A stretch of DNA of 63,437 nucleotides, counting the filler, from Craspedostauros australis (lineage: Eukaryota), in assembly GCA_030167865.1 (NCBI GenBank). It is 12 parts of 12 records of this genome, joined end to end, with 100 filler letters (N's around TTAATTAATTAA, not from the genome) between each part and the next. Parts side by side here need not be neighbours in the genome. Positions count along the whole stretch, not along the records: positions 47,297 to 49,855 come from JALAGF010000491.1; positions 49,956 to 52,009 come from JALAGF010000492.1; positions 52,110 to 53,486 come from JALAGF010000493.1; positions 53,587 to 54,958 come from JALAGF010000494.1; positions 55,059 to 57,741 come from JALAGF010000496.1; positions 57,842 to 60,078 come from JALAGF010000498.1; 6 more parts are not named here. One strand, given 5' to 3'. Numbering within the stretch: position 1 is the stretch's first letter; each line of letters starts with the position of its first letter. The translations under genes and the position numbers were made by a program. Below the pieces are notes generated by a model. That model saw only the letters and a program-made list of their open reading frames with translations, was not told the DNA's origin and searched no databases. Below are positions 47,197-59,500 of the stretch, one piece after another.

Positions 47197-48186
47197 NNNN
47201 NNNNNNNNNNNNNNNNNNNNNNNNNNNNNNNNNNNNNNNNTTAATTAATTAANNNNNNNNNNNNNNNNNNNNNNNNNNNNNNNNNNNNNNNNNNNNCGAG
47301 TGGCGACATTATGTGTCCTCCATGCAGAGGCAGCTTCGTACTGGGTTCTTGCAATGAGGTGTATCCAGGAATGGCGACCAATGTATCACCTTTTTTGCTG
47401 CACATGCACCCTTGCTGATGATGTACATATGAGTCTACCTGAGTGAATCTGACCCTCCCCATCATTCCCGTGTTGAGGTTAGCACATGCCTGATCTTGAT
47501 TGGAATGATACACTACGTCTGGCACATTCACGAACACTCATTGACCGGGTATCAGAACGAGTCGAACAATGTCCGATTAATTCGATCGTCAAGAATCCCA
47601 ACAAGGGTATCTCGAAATGTTGTTTCCATGGCGAATAGTATCACGACTTTTGTACATTTATACAAAGTGGTACTCACTGCCTTTGATGAGATACCAACAG
47701 CGTCTCACATGTTCATGATCATTGCCGCTGCCTCTTTTCCATTTGGGCACAACTGTCGAGTGCTGATTTGTGCGCATGGGAGGGAGAGAGAGTGAAGGCA
47801 GCGAAAGGCGTTTTTCGTCCCTGATCGTGTTCGGACTCATACATCTTTGATGTATGGCGCAGCCTGCGCGCGGTATGAACTACCTCTGTGGGTGTCGGTG
47901 ATGTTCGGGCCGGGAGCTCTTGGCGCCGACATGGATCATACCAGCGCCACAGCAGCAGGGACGAAATCACAACACAGAACACGGATTTCTCAGAAATCCT
48001 TCACAAACCAACGAAGCTTGCACGAAGTGCCTTGAACTCTTCGTGGATCGCGATTGGTTGTGGCTCCGGCGCAGCTGAGATGAGAGGATTCTTCATCCCA
48101 CAACAACAACAACAGCAACAACAACAACGACGAAGGACAGAACTCCACTTCGCTCCACTGAACTCCACTTGTTAGACGCCACTGTG

Positions 48187-49855
48187 ATGGACGACCGCAA
48201 GCCACCACCAAGGAGCCCCGCCGATGACAAAGAACGCAATGGCGGGATGGAGAAGGAAGACAATGATGGCGCCGCCAGTGCTGCTGACAGCAGAAAGCCT
48301 GCAGCCCACCGTCGGGAGGTCCGCATCGGCCGATACCGAGATGAACAACGTCGCGGCGGTCCATTGACCAGGACCAACTCTACGGCCGACGCTGATGCCA
48401 AGGCGAAGGCGAAGGCCAGGGCTGGAGCGCAACGTGCTGCTGGTCTGGTCTCACCCAGCGGCATGTCCTCCATCACCAGCGGATGCTTCTCCGCCATTGG
48501 ATCGGAGCACCGCAATTCAATGCAGTCGCGAGCGTCAGGATCAGCATCAGGCGTTCCGCCACCGCTGCGACCAGGAGCCGTTTCTGTACCGGGCGTTGAC
48601 GCATCGAGAGAAGACAATGAAGCTTCCAATGCGTCCAATGCGTCCAATGCAGCGTACACGATGTCGCAGAAGGTCGGGGCTATCCCTACGTCCCTCAGGA
48701 CTACCGAGGCATCCATTGGCACACGGACCGCCGGTGGCACTGACATCCTCGAGAGGAGCAAGTTCGGATTCCCCAGAGGCACGCGGCTGTCGCAACGGGG
48801 TTCCAATCCCAGCAGGGCCGCTATGCCCAGTCGCACCTCAGTTGAAACGAAGGAGGATGACGAGGAACTATTGCAGCCAATGGATGATCCGCCTCAGACC
48901 GTCCCGAGCCAACCAGGCGCCGTTTCAAGTGGCGACAACTTGCGCCAGTCCACAGCCTCCACCTTCTCCGCCGATCTGTCCCATACGCCACCGGTCTCGG
49001 AGGTGCGTCAGAATGCGCCTTCCGACGTCTCCGTCTTCACCATGGACCAGACCGAAGACCTGTCCACGATCGCCACCCCCATCACAGCCCAGCTGGCTTC
49101 AACCGAAGAGGACGTGGCGGATCGTGTCAAGGAGCGTCTCGAGAAGGAGTTCGCGGAGCGCATGGAGACGCAGTTACAGGAGCGCATGNNNNNNNNNNNN
49201 NNNNNNNNNNNNNNNNNNNNNNNNNNNNNNNNNNNNNNNNNNNNNNNNNNNNNNNNCGCAGTTGTCACCGCCGAAGCGGTGGAGGTCACGAAGGACGACG
49301 AAAACGGCAACTCCGGCAGTCAAAGCAGGCGCAGGACGTGCATTGGCATCATCGTCGCTTTAGTGCTGGCAGGGATCGGCGCTGGAGTCGGCGTGGCACT
49401 ATCAGGCAGCAACTCCAACAGCTCCTCCAACAACTCCTCCAATGCCGACAACATATCGCCCGTGACGTCGGCACCAACCGCAGCTCCCATCGCATCATCG
49501 AGCCCGACCTTCACGCCGCAGACAGCAGAATTCGACACGCTCGTCGATCGTCTGGCGCAGATACTGGAGGGTGAACCGGCAAACACAGGGCGCGATATAC
49601 TGGAGGATCGATCCACCACACAGTACAGAGCATTGGATTGGCTCGCAAATCAAGACGTCGCAAAGATCGACCCGGCCTTCGCACCCACATCCGAACTCAT
49701 TGAACGCTACGCACTCGCAGTTCTGTACTACACGACCGCAGGCGAGGACACGTGGGAGAACAAATTCAACTTTCTTACCAACAGCAGCGTCTGCGAATGG
49801 CGTGATGCCGACACGAGCAATGGCATTTCATGCGATGAAGCCGGCAGGGTGACTG
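48187..49855 (+). CDS. Type II membrane LRR-family protein, N-terminal part (3'-partial; internal N gap 49189-49256)
   Basis: Long disordered N-terminus with PGAV motifs, RRR + TM, an S/T/P stalk, then a QYRALDWL..ERYALAVLYYT..CEW..GISC cap homologous to 46237-47196. The LRRs would lie past the contig end. Confidence 0.82.
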
Positions 49856-50219
49856 NNNNNNNNNNNNNNNNNNNNNNNNNNNNNNNNNNNNNNNNNNNNT
49901 TAATTAATTAANNNNNNNNNNNNNNNNNNNNNNNNNNNNNNNNNNNNNNNNNNNNCAACGCAGCACTGTGTTGCAAACTCGGAGCATGTGCGATCTGATG
50001 CGATCTTGTGCGTGTTCGAATTGGCGTGCGACCATGTCTTGAAGGTGTACCGGAATGCAACAGGAGCGCAGCAATGTGCTCCACACATCCCCCAACCACG
50101 CTCTCACAAAACCCCGAAACTCAAACAAGTTGTGAAGCTGGGAAAGCCACAAGCTCACATNATCGGGCAAACATAATTCTCAATCAGCTCTTGACAAACA
50201 ATTCGAACACGAAAGTACG

Positions 50220-52009
50220 ATGCCGCCAAAANAGAATAAAAAGTTCGTGAGTCTCGGCGGTGGTGGGGCNGTTCTCGAGGAGATCGGAGAGGAGGAAGAG
50301 GATGACAGCGATNATGAGGAGGATATCCAACAACAGATCAGCGATGCGGAGAAGAAGGAGGCCAAAATAAGAGTGCAACTCGACGAAAGCATCAAGGCAG
50401 CCCAAGACATGATGCAGAAATGTAAGTTGGACACGAGCAAAACCCTACCTTCCGAACTACTTTCTCAATGCAACACTGAGATCAGCAATTTTGGTGAGCA
50501 ACTCGACAATGCCACCAAATCCCTCGAGGAGCTTGCCGCAAAGCTGCATCAATGCCGACTGAAGCGTCGCATGAGGGAATCCAATATCAAGGACGTGCTG
50601 GGCAAACTNGACGCTGTGGAGAACGAAATCGATCTCGTGTTCATCATGGACGCTACTGGTTCAATGGGGCCATACATCGACGGTGCCAAGCAGACCATCC
50701 GCAAGATTGTCAAGAAGATCAAGGCTGATGGAAAGGGGAAGGATCTACGGTTGGGGTTCGTGGCCTACCGAGACATTTACAATGGGTCTGATCGATATCA
50801 AGTACTTGATTTCGTGGATGATGTCAGTGTCTTCGAACGCTTCCTGAAGGGAGTCAAGTCCATTCGCAGCGACGACCGTGCAGAAGACATAGCGGTTGGC
50901 ATCCAAAAGGCCAATGAGCTCTCCTGGATGCACCCCACCAGAGTCGCCTTCATCGTTGGTGATGATGCATGTCATGGAACCGAATTCCACAACCACGGTG
51001 AGTCTGGCGACAACTATCCGACCGGCACTCCAGGCATCAACATCGTCTCGGAGCTGTCCAAACTCAGGACCAATCCAAGGGGTGGAACCATGAACGTCTT
51101 CTTTGGTCGTATCACCAAGAAAACGGACAAGATGATTGAGCGGTTTGCGTCCGTCTACAACATTGATCTCGAGGTTGTGGACTTCTCTTCTCCCGAAATG
51201 GTTGAGAAAGTCGTGGTCAAGAGCGTCCGCCACTCTGTCTTCAACTCGGTGTCGTTGATCGACTCTCAGAGCAAGTTAGTGGAGTATGAAGCAAACAGAG
51301 GGAAGATGAAGAAGGCCAAGATGAAACCATACACAATCTCCAAAGATTTTCCAACATATTTTGGATGGAAAGCAACGGTGCCTGTCAACGTGTACTGCAA
51401 CACACGCAGCATCTCCGTCCAGTCTTTGCGAACACCTCTCTCGGTCAACAAGTTGGCCCAGACCTACATTTCTCGGTTCTGTTGCATGAAACGCGTCAAC
51501 CTCAAGTTCCGGCTCCAACTGGCAAGATCACCGTTTGCTGAGGGGTCATGCCGCATTGCATTCCATGCAAGGCTGGCGCGTCACAATTCCGAACTCCGCC
51601 TCAAGAAGAACGCCATGGTGCTCAAGACCAACAAGCATCACGGGCCAAGAATCAACGATAGACAACAATACTTCCAACAGATGGAGGTATCATCCATCGT
51701 GTGCTTCCTTGCCAACGAATACAACAAGTCAGCCTTCCGTCCTTCGCACTGTGCCATGATCAAGGTTCTGCAGGCATGCGTGGTGGAGGAGGTCAGCGAC
51801 AGAAATGAAGCAGCCGGAAACCGTTTCTACTGTGGTGAAGATGTGCTGCCAACCACCGGAACGCCATTCACCAAGTACTGCAGCAACACGGGAGCCTGGC
51901 ATCCCGATCACATCGATGAGTCGCTCCTTCGCTTCGTGGAGTTCTCGTACGTCTTCTCCAAGGAGTACTTGATTGTGGCGGATCTTCAAGGTGTCAAGGC
52001 CAATGGCAA
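50220..52009 (+). CDS. vWA domain + alpha-kinase (VwkA/MHCK/eEF2K-type), 3'-partial
   Basis: MIDAS DLVFIMDATGSM, FVAYRD, AEDI and GDDACHG. Alpha-kinase motifs PFAEGSCRIAF, VLK, FTKYCSNTG and LIVADLQGV. N-terminal acidic tract and coiled coil. Confidence 0.9.
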
Positions 52010-53586
52010 NNNNNNNNNNNNNNNNNNNNNNNNNNNNNNNNNNNNNNNNNNNNTTAATTAATTAANNNNNNNNNNNNNNNNNNNNNNNNNNNNNNNNNNN
52101 NNNNNNNNNCAACAGAAGTTCGCACAGCGACCACCACTTCTGTCCGTTACCATCGAACCAGTGTCAAGTTCACGCACGCGTTGTTGGATACTGGCTGTCT
52201 GCTGCTTCGTGTTTCTTGGATGTGTGTGATGTTGGTGTACCGCGCCTTTCCAACACACTGCGTGGGGAAGACGATGTCGTTGCAACATCCGACCAAAGTC
52301 GTACCTCCGTCGGATCATGTCATCTCAACAACCNNNNNNNNNNNNNNNNNNNNNNNNNNNNNNNNNNNNNNNNNNNNNNNNNNNNNNNNNNNNNNNNNNN
52401 NNNNNNNNNNNNNNNNTTTTTCCATGTTTCGAAGGCGCAACTTGCCACCCCCCTCTGCGATCACTCAGAATGATTAGTTCGCAACTAGACACATAGAATG
52501 ACCAAAGGAGGCCTCCCCTATCACGTAATGGAACTTTTGTTGCCATTAATATTATAGTTATCTCTACAGGGGGTGTCTAAATTGGTGTGACTAGCCTTAC
52601 TCCTAGCAAAAATGTCAATTACGTCATTCACATGTCAGACATACATCATACCAATGTATGATGTTTGTCNGCTGATTGCATACTGACGTCGGATGTTGAT
52701 CAGCTTGCTGTGCATGCTGGTCCGACCAACGTCGTACGACGTCGACTGGACCTCATATCGACATGACTGTTTGCCACAACAACGCGCTTGTGTCTGTCTA
52801 GTGCGGAAACATGCCTACATACACAACATCAACGAAGCAGCGATGTTCATCATCCTCGCGGTAGCAAACGAGTTGTCCTTGCGTGAGACATGTCCGTTCT
52901 GTTCCACACCAAGCAAGCACAACAATTAACCATTCACGTCTCGCCACCACCGCAGCGGAGGATTCGCTACTCACAAGGTCGAGCAGAAACTGGCATTCTC
53001 TTGCGGTATGACATTCGACGGCAGTCACGGCAAACCAACAGAAGTAAAAGTGCTTTATCTTTACGACCATTTGTTTTTTGTTTCTATCAATAGTCATAGG
53101 TCAGCAGTGGTGGGCGACCCCTGTTTGCGCACGTCACTTCGGCGCAGAACGGGGGTTGCTCAGGAAGACCTGAACTGCGCACGTGTCAACGAACTGGGCG
53201 CTATCATACCGATACCAGAAAGGGGGATGCGCGCAAGATCTATCATCCACAACATCACAAGCAACATCGATTACCAGACAGGTGTATCACCAGGCAACTA
53301 CATTTGCGGTACGACTGCGAACGACCACGAGCAGCACTCCTCTCTCCAACAACGCTGTACTCGAGACACGATCATTCGTATTCTGGCGAAACAGTAGGAC
53401 GACAGTCATCTCACGAGACACAGCGATGAACACGACAGCGCGCTGCTGCCTTTGCAACCACTGTTGTGTGCTTTGCAGTCCTCAGTNNNNNNNNNNNNNN
53501 NNNNNNNNNNNNNNNNNNNNNNNNNNNNNNTTAATTAATTAANNNNNNNNNNNNNNNNNNNNNNNNNNNNNNNNNNNNNNNNNNNN

Positions 53587-54786
53587 GATGACTCCTACCT
53601 CTCCATCATGATGCTCACGTCGTTGACGCAGACCGTTTCGGATGCGACTGCAGGCGCGGATCAGCAATCTCGAGCAGACGCAGCCTACTGGTTGCAGCTC
53701 GACGACAATCCGGACGGCAGCTCTGCACTCGACAACAGCACATTGGACGACGCGGTCAAGGCGCTCCTCATTTCCGACAAGTCGCTGTCGCCCATACAGC
53801 TGCGAGAAGCTGTGCCGAAGGTGCTGGAATGGATGGAAGGGCAGCACATGTACGGCCATCCGCATGAACTCACATCCACCGCAGCCGATCTCAATGTGAT
53901 GGCGCTGCTCGATGGCACGTGTGGCATGACCATCACAGACCAATATCCCACGGACATCCTCGAGGATACGGAGCGATTCGGCATTGCCTCGATACCGGGT
54001 TCGTCCACCATTGTGCGACAGAACACGCCCACAGCCTGCACGCAATCCACATGCAACAAACAGGACGCGGAGCTGGGCTGGATCAACCGGGTCGGTGTGT
54101 CATCCTCCTCCGCGCCGCTTGGCATCATCTCCTCCACCACAGCCAAAGCACAGCAGCACCACGCTTTCCAATTCCTTGAATTCCTCTCCATGCGAAGCAA
54201 CGAATTGCAAATCGGCACCCAGGATCCATCGGACTCGACTGCCGTGATGGATGCCGGATCCAATGAAACCTCGATTGCGTCGCAATCCGCAACTCCATCC
54301 ACGCAGCATCAACCGCTCTGTCAATCGCAGCTGGATGACCTTTCCACCGTCTATCCGCACTACGTGACAGTCATCGAAGATGTGGTCCAGCAATCCTCCG
54401 ACGCCAACATCGCCAGTCCGCCACGCATCCCAATGGCGATGCAATTTTGGGACACGCTGGACAGCAGCGCAAGAGAATACCTGACGCAGACGTCGCTTCT
54501 GAAGAATTCAACCACGGTATCATCCAGACAACAGGTCGCCACCCGCATCGAACGATCATGGGAGACGATCATCGACCAACACGACGCTCGCCCGCTTCCA
54601 ACCCTGCTGACCAAGCCTCATCTCCCAATGTCCATCTGGTACCAGAAATCGTTGAATCAATTCGAACCGACCCCACGCGACGAGAAGGGCATCGACCCTG
54701 TCATCCTGACGGGAGGTTGGGCCTTGGCCATCATCTCCATTGTCGTGTCGCTGTACATGGCGGCCTGGGTCGTTCGCAACCGCTAA
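53587..54786 (+). CDS. Solute-binding-like extracellular domain + one TM; receptor fragment, 5'-partial and possibly truncated
   Basis: The frame is open from the contig edge. GIASIPGS...C...C...INR, AFQFLEFL and PRIP..YQKSL resemble periplasmic-binding-protein-like ectodomains of algal receptors. The stop falls right after the TM (AWVVRNR*). Confidence 0.6.
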   Translation, partial: DDSYLSIMMLTSLTQTVSDATAGADQQSRADAAYWLQLDDNPDGSSALDNSTLDDAVKALLISDKSLSPIQLREAVPKVLEWMEGQHMYGHPHELTSTAADLNVMALLDGTCGMTITDQYPTDILEDTERFGIASIPGSSTIVRQNTPTACTQSTCNKQDAELGWINRVGVSSSSAPLGIISSTTAKAQQHHAFQFLEFLSMRSNELQIGTQDPSDSTAVMDAGSNETSIASQSATPSTQHQPLCQSQLDDLSTVYPHYVTVIEDVVQQSSDANIASPPRIPMAMQFWDTLDSSAREYLTQTSLLKNSTTVSSRQQVATRIERSWETIIDQHDARPLPTLLTKPHLPMSIWYQKSLNQFEPTPRDEKGIDPVILTGGWALAIISIVVSLYMAAWVVRNR

Positions 54787-55058
54787 TAGAGCTAAACTAG
54801 TAACCACCTTAGTGAGAGAGACTACAAATCATCCGACTTGTCAGCATTCCAGTAGGTCGAACGGACACTTCGCCGAACCCCACGTTTGGAGACAGATCCA
54901 GAACCTTGAAGCGGATCTTTGGAATTCGTGTCAGGGAACCAATGGGGTTCCGATAACCNNNNNNNNNNNNNNNNNNNNNNNNNNNNNNNNNNNNNNNNNN
55001 NNTTAATTAATTAANNNNNNNNNNNNNNNNNNNNNNNNNNNNNNNNNNNNNNNNNNNN

Positions 55059-55597
55059 CCCCCCCCCGGCTTTATGGCGTCTGTGAAGCATCGGACTGGA
55101 TCTGTGAGCGAAAGATCAGCGATCAACTGCTTGATGGCTACTCTGGACAGGTTGTCTGGTGGAACTTTGGATTTCCCCAGTTTTGTGGTACGCCCATCCA
55201 TGACTGTTTGGAAGAAAACAGTCATGTCCTTGATCTTCGGCATGCTTGCTGACACCATCGATGTATCGGTCTTCTCCCACATGGCTTTCTTGGTGAGTGC
55301 TGTCTTGACTTGGTTGTGCATTGCTCGTTCGCCTTCCCCGTACTTCTCGCCTGGCTCGAATCCTTTTGCCTGGTGTGCGATCGTGTCGCTGAGTTTTTTC
55401 CACCGCGCTGTGTTCGGATCCTTCCACTCTGTGGCTACTTCTCCTCGTTTCTCCATCAGTTCTTCCTCGCTGACGCTCGGATTTGGCTTGGGAGGTGGCT
55501 TGGGTGTTGTGGCTTGCACCGCTGGCCCTTGCACCTCGGCCATCTCGACGTCATCAGCTTTGTCCTCCATGATCCTGACATGTTTGGTTGCCTTCAT
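55059..55597 (-). CDS. Possible ORF1 N-terminus of a second non-LTR element, partial
   Basis: The ORF runs to the contig edge. DVEM + PKPPPKP disordered start and an A/C-rich leader are compositionally like ORF1 at 8498. No RT on this contig. Confidence 0.4.
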
Positions 55598-55758
55598 CGT
55601 CGTTTTGGATTTCGTTCGTGTCACGTAGAATTCGCTGTAGATTTCGTACTGGTGTTTGTTGATGTGTTGTGTTTTGTCTCTTTACTAGTGTTATCGTTGT
55701 TTTGGTTTTTTCGGGTTCTGGTATTGTCGCAGTCCTACCACCCACAACACCACTCGAA

Positions 55759-56100
55759 ATCTAGATTCTCAGGTTTGACTACCTTCCAGATGGACTGGAG
55801 ACCTCATACTTCGTGACCAGACGCTTTGGAGGGTGTGGTAAGTGCGCGCCAGGTTGGATTTCATTGTGATTGACATTTATAGGCACATTTTGACAATCTA
55901 CTGTACACAATGGTGCGTAGCTTGTAGTACTGTCACCAACACTTCATGATATCTAGATTCTCAGATATGGATGCCTTCCAGATGGACTGGAGACCTCATA
56001 CTTCGTGACTGTACTCATTGAGGTGTTCTCGGAGTGGTGGAGTCGTTATAATCAAGTATGCTTGACATTTTGTATGCACATATGACCAACATAGTACACA
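55759..56100. repeat. Degenerate ~192-bp tandem repeat, two units
   Basis: ATCTAGATTCTCAG-N9-CCTTCCAGATGGACTGGAGACCTCATACTTCGTGAC at 55759 and 55951, followed by weaker TGACATTT..GCACA..GTACACA similarity. Confidence 0.85.
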
Positions 56101-56222
56101 CAGTGACCGAACGGTATCATGAGAACTGGCTATATGAGATTTATCACTNGTTGCAGCTGGATCTGGACCGTCCCAAGGTAGGTACATGCCCATGACCGAT
56201 GTCAGTATGCAATATAGTTGGT

Positions 56223-56451
56223 TTAACCCTCTCCTCGTCTTCCGCAGAACAGGATTCATCAACACCATAAAAAACTGGAGTACTCTACACTACTCGACAG
56301 GGACACGGTTGATGTGTTTACTTCACGGCTAAATTAGTATTTTCAATGTTGTCGTAGAGACACGCCGGCCATTTCAGTCATCCAATCATCGTGTCGGGCA
56401 CCAAAACGACCTGGTTAGTGGACTTTGGCCTCCAAAACGACCTGGTTAGTG
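56223..56451 (+). mobile_element. Possible piggyBac-like terminus with subterminal direct repeats
   Basis: TTAA-CCCT at 56223-56230 and a 20-bp direct repeat CCAAAACGACCTGGTTAGTG at 56401 and 56432. No partner end or transposase seen. Confidence 0.25.
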
Positions 56452-57448
56452 AATTTCCTCCATTCTATTCCATTCGGTTTCCAGAGGGTGTTCGCATGGT
56501 GGAGAGTAGCATCATTGTTTCATTCTCCTTGCCGTGGCGATACAAATGGTGCTCGCTGGTATCTGTGAGCGTCTGTCGAGATGTACATGTGAGTATATGT
56601 CAAGATGTACGTGTATTTGTGCATCGTTCACCCATCATTCTCTCATACACACTTGGACGGTATAACTATACTCGTGTCGATAGTATACTGTGATTCGTCA
56701 GAATTGCAGTGGAAATGGAACACACGAAAAGGGGCAAGATTTCTGGAGGAAATTTGCAAATAACGATTTCTGAGAGAATTGGAAGATCGTCCGTCCATCC
56801 ANNNNNNNNNNNNNNNNNNNNNNNNNNNNNNNNNNNNNNNNNNNNNNNNNNNNNNNNNNNNNNNNNNNNNNNNNNNNNNNNNNNNNNNNNNNNNNNNNNN
56901 NNNNNNNNNNNNNNNNNNNNNNNNNNNNNNNNNNNNNNNNNNNNNNNNNNNNNNNNNNNNNNNNNNNNNNNNNNNNNNNNNNNNNNNNNNNNNNNNNNNN
57001 NNNNNCATCAGCATCATGGATACAGAAGGTGAACTTCAAATGGCGAGTACTCATGGAGTAGGAGCCAGTACTGAATGAACGGAGTGTCGAATGCGGAGTA
57101 CGTATCGAACATGGAGTATCATGTGCGATGAGCACACGATGTTGAGAGAGAGAGAATACAGAAGAGGAGCGAGAGAGCATCTCGCGTACCGACTCATTGT
57201 CGGAGACCGAATCTACGAAACAGATTAAAGCACCAAGAGCATCGGGCGAGAGAACGGCGTACACCGAGAGCATCGGAGTAGCCAAGTAATGAAATAGCAA
57301 ACAGACGACTATCAACCAANNNNNNNNNNNNNNNNNNNNNNNNNNNNNNNGCGGAACTTGCCAACACGTTTATAAACGATAGATCAGGGCGAGCCCGCGA
57401 ATCGTATCGTGCGAGGAAGACGAACATCATTCAAGAGCAGCAAGCTGA

Positions 57449-57741
57449 ATGAGCGAGGAAGAGGAATTGAGAGAAATCCCTCTGTCCAACCCGACTATCA
57501 AGAGAGAAGAAGGTGCGAGTGAGACTCCACCACGACAAGAGAAGGAAGCAGCCGCGGCTACTGTCCTATCAGGCGCAGACGCAAGCGTGATCGACAAGAC
57601 CGAAGAAGAACGGTCTGCAAGGCTACATCGCGAGGAGGAGAGCATTCTCAGGGCGAGCAAGCAAGAGGAGACTGGTGTGACGGAGAGCATTCGCACAGCC
57701 AAACAGAGTGGGAAAAGTGAGACACCACCAGGAGGAGAATT
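57449..57741 (+). CDS. Glu-rich ORF start, partial (possibly a TE gag-like N-terminus)
   Basis: ATG ORF open to the contig edge in purine-rich sequence. No diagnostic motif. Confidence 0.3.
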
Positions 57742-59109
57742 NNNNNNNNNNNNNNNNNNNNNNNNNNNNNNNNNNNNNNNNNNNNTTAATTAATTAANNN
57801 NNNNNNNNNNNNNNNNNNNNNNNNNNNNNNNNNNNNNNNNNGGCGCGATGCTCTGCTCTGATTGTGCCTCCTTGTTGAGCTTACTGCTATCCCTTCAGTC
57901 TGTTCGTACGATCTAAAGTAAAGTACTATGCTCTGGCTTGAGTGGCAACACGAATGCGGTGAAGTGGGGAAGAGCGCTCTCGCGGAAAGCCTGTGAACCC
58001 AACAGAGACGGAAGTCAAGCGAAGGCTCGTGATGCCATGGCGTGTTTGTTTTCGTGCGCCACGCAGGACAACATCGCCACAGTCAAAAGTAGGAACGATC
58101 CCCATCGAATACTTCGTGGAATTGCTCCTTCTGCCCCCACGATACTGTACCCTTGTACGTTGGACGTGGAAGGCGGCGCACCACCAAAAGTACGAACACC
58201 AACACTGACACCGGCAGAGGAAGCGTGATGACACAGACACAAACTCACGGACACGAACACATCACCATTCGAAGGAAGGGAAGGATTCCGCACACAAGGA
58301 CCACAAACCTCCGCAACAAACACAACACAAGGACACAGAGAGCGAGAGAAAAGTCGCCAGCCAATAACACGGACCTTGGCGACCTTGCGGACGTTGCACG
58401 AACGTATCTTGGAATATTAGACTACATCGACTACATCACGATTCATACGTACGATGCAAGTCGGAATCTGTGATGAATATGATGCCGGTTAGCGAGTCGA
58501 CCAATCATTTGAAATAGACCTCCTAACTCTGTATCTCCGATATCCAAACCAAGGACATATGCGTAATCCTTGTAGTTCATAAACAAACAGATATCCATGA
58601 TGGTTTTGAGGTTGCTCCTATTCCTAAAATCAGGGTTATGGACTGACGGTTGTGCATATTTTTCGATCTTTTTCGGGTTTCAGCCTTGTGCTTCCGACTA
58701 CATCGATCCAACTTAACCTTTTGCTGTTCTTTGTTTCAGCGAGTTTGTTCCCGTTTTGACTTGTGTGGTCTCTTTCTGGGGTGTTCCGATGAGATGATCC
58801 ACCAGTCCATCCACGATAGCACTAGTTGCGGCGTGTTGGCCTTTGTTGGGAGAAGCAGCGAGTCCGTGTTTATTTCCATTCTATCCTGTATTTCGCCACT
58901 CCGTCATCTACGTCACGAAACTGGATACGATGTCATGATTCACAAATCACAGCACAATGTGAAACATCTTCAGGTATGTTTCGCCTCCACGGAATGGTCG
59001 AGTCGTATTGATGCTCTCGAAGTGTATTGTGTCATTATTCTTTCGTACATTCGGTACAATTTGAGGGAATCTCTACATCCCCCAACATGTGAGACAGGTT
59101 GAAAATGCG

Positions 59110-59500
59110 AAACTTCAGACAACAACACAACAATGGCATGGCAAAACAAAACCTCCACAATGGCTGTTCAACGGCACCCCCAGCGCCACACCAACCAGCA
59201 GTCTCGCGAGAAATCCAAGCACATTGCTGTCACCATGATGCAACCCTTGGTGAGTGGGTGAGCGGAGGCTGCGAGAGCGGTTGATTTGGGGCCGCGGCAG
59301 GCCCCTGCATGAAGGCCACAATTTGGTGTCAGATCGGCTCATTGGATGTGGCCTGTGTGTTCCATGCACAGCCCACACCAACACCTATGGATGAACAAGA
59401 TGCATCCATATGGGCAGGGCCAAACCTCCCACAAAGCGTGAGGCTCAGGGACGACTGGGAAGGTGTCCGTGCAGAGGAAAAGTTGGCGGGCAGGAATTGG
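59110..59500 (+). pseudogene. Possible decayed Ty1/copia integrase remnant
   Basis: Interrupted frames give QQHNNGMAKQN, IGC.LCV and TTGKVSVQ in the order expected for copia QNG.AER, FGC.V and TG.VS.Q motifs. Stops and frameshifts are present. Confidence 0.3.

Noticed and set aside
44136..49023. 1.7-kb inverted repeat flanking an LRR gene (invertible cassette or large TIR element)
   Set aside because: The two arms lie on different contigs and each ends at a contig edge. Unmerged overlapping contigs explain this more simply.
52565..52590. TA-CAGGGGGTGTC as a Tc1/mariner terminus
   Set aside because: Short match with no partner TIR or transposase on the contig.
55759..56451. CRISPR-like repeat-spacer pattern
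   Set aside because: Only two units for each repeat, wrong spacer lengths, a eukaryotic context and no cas genes.
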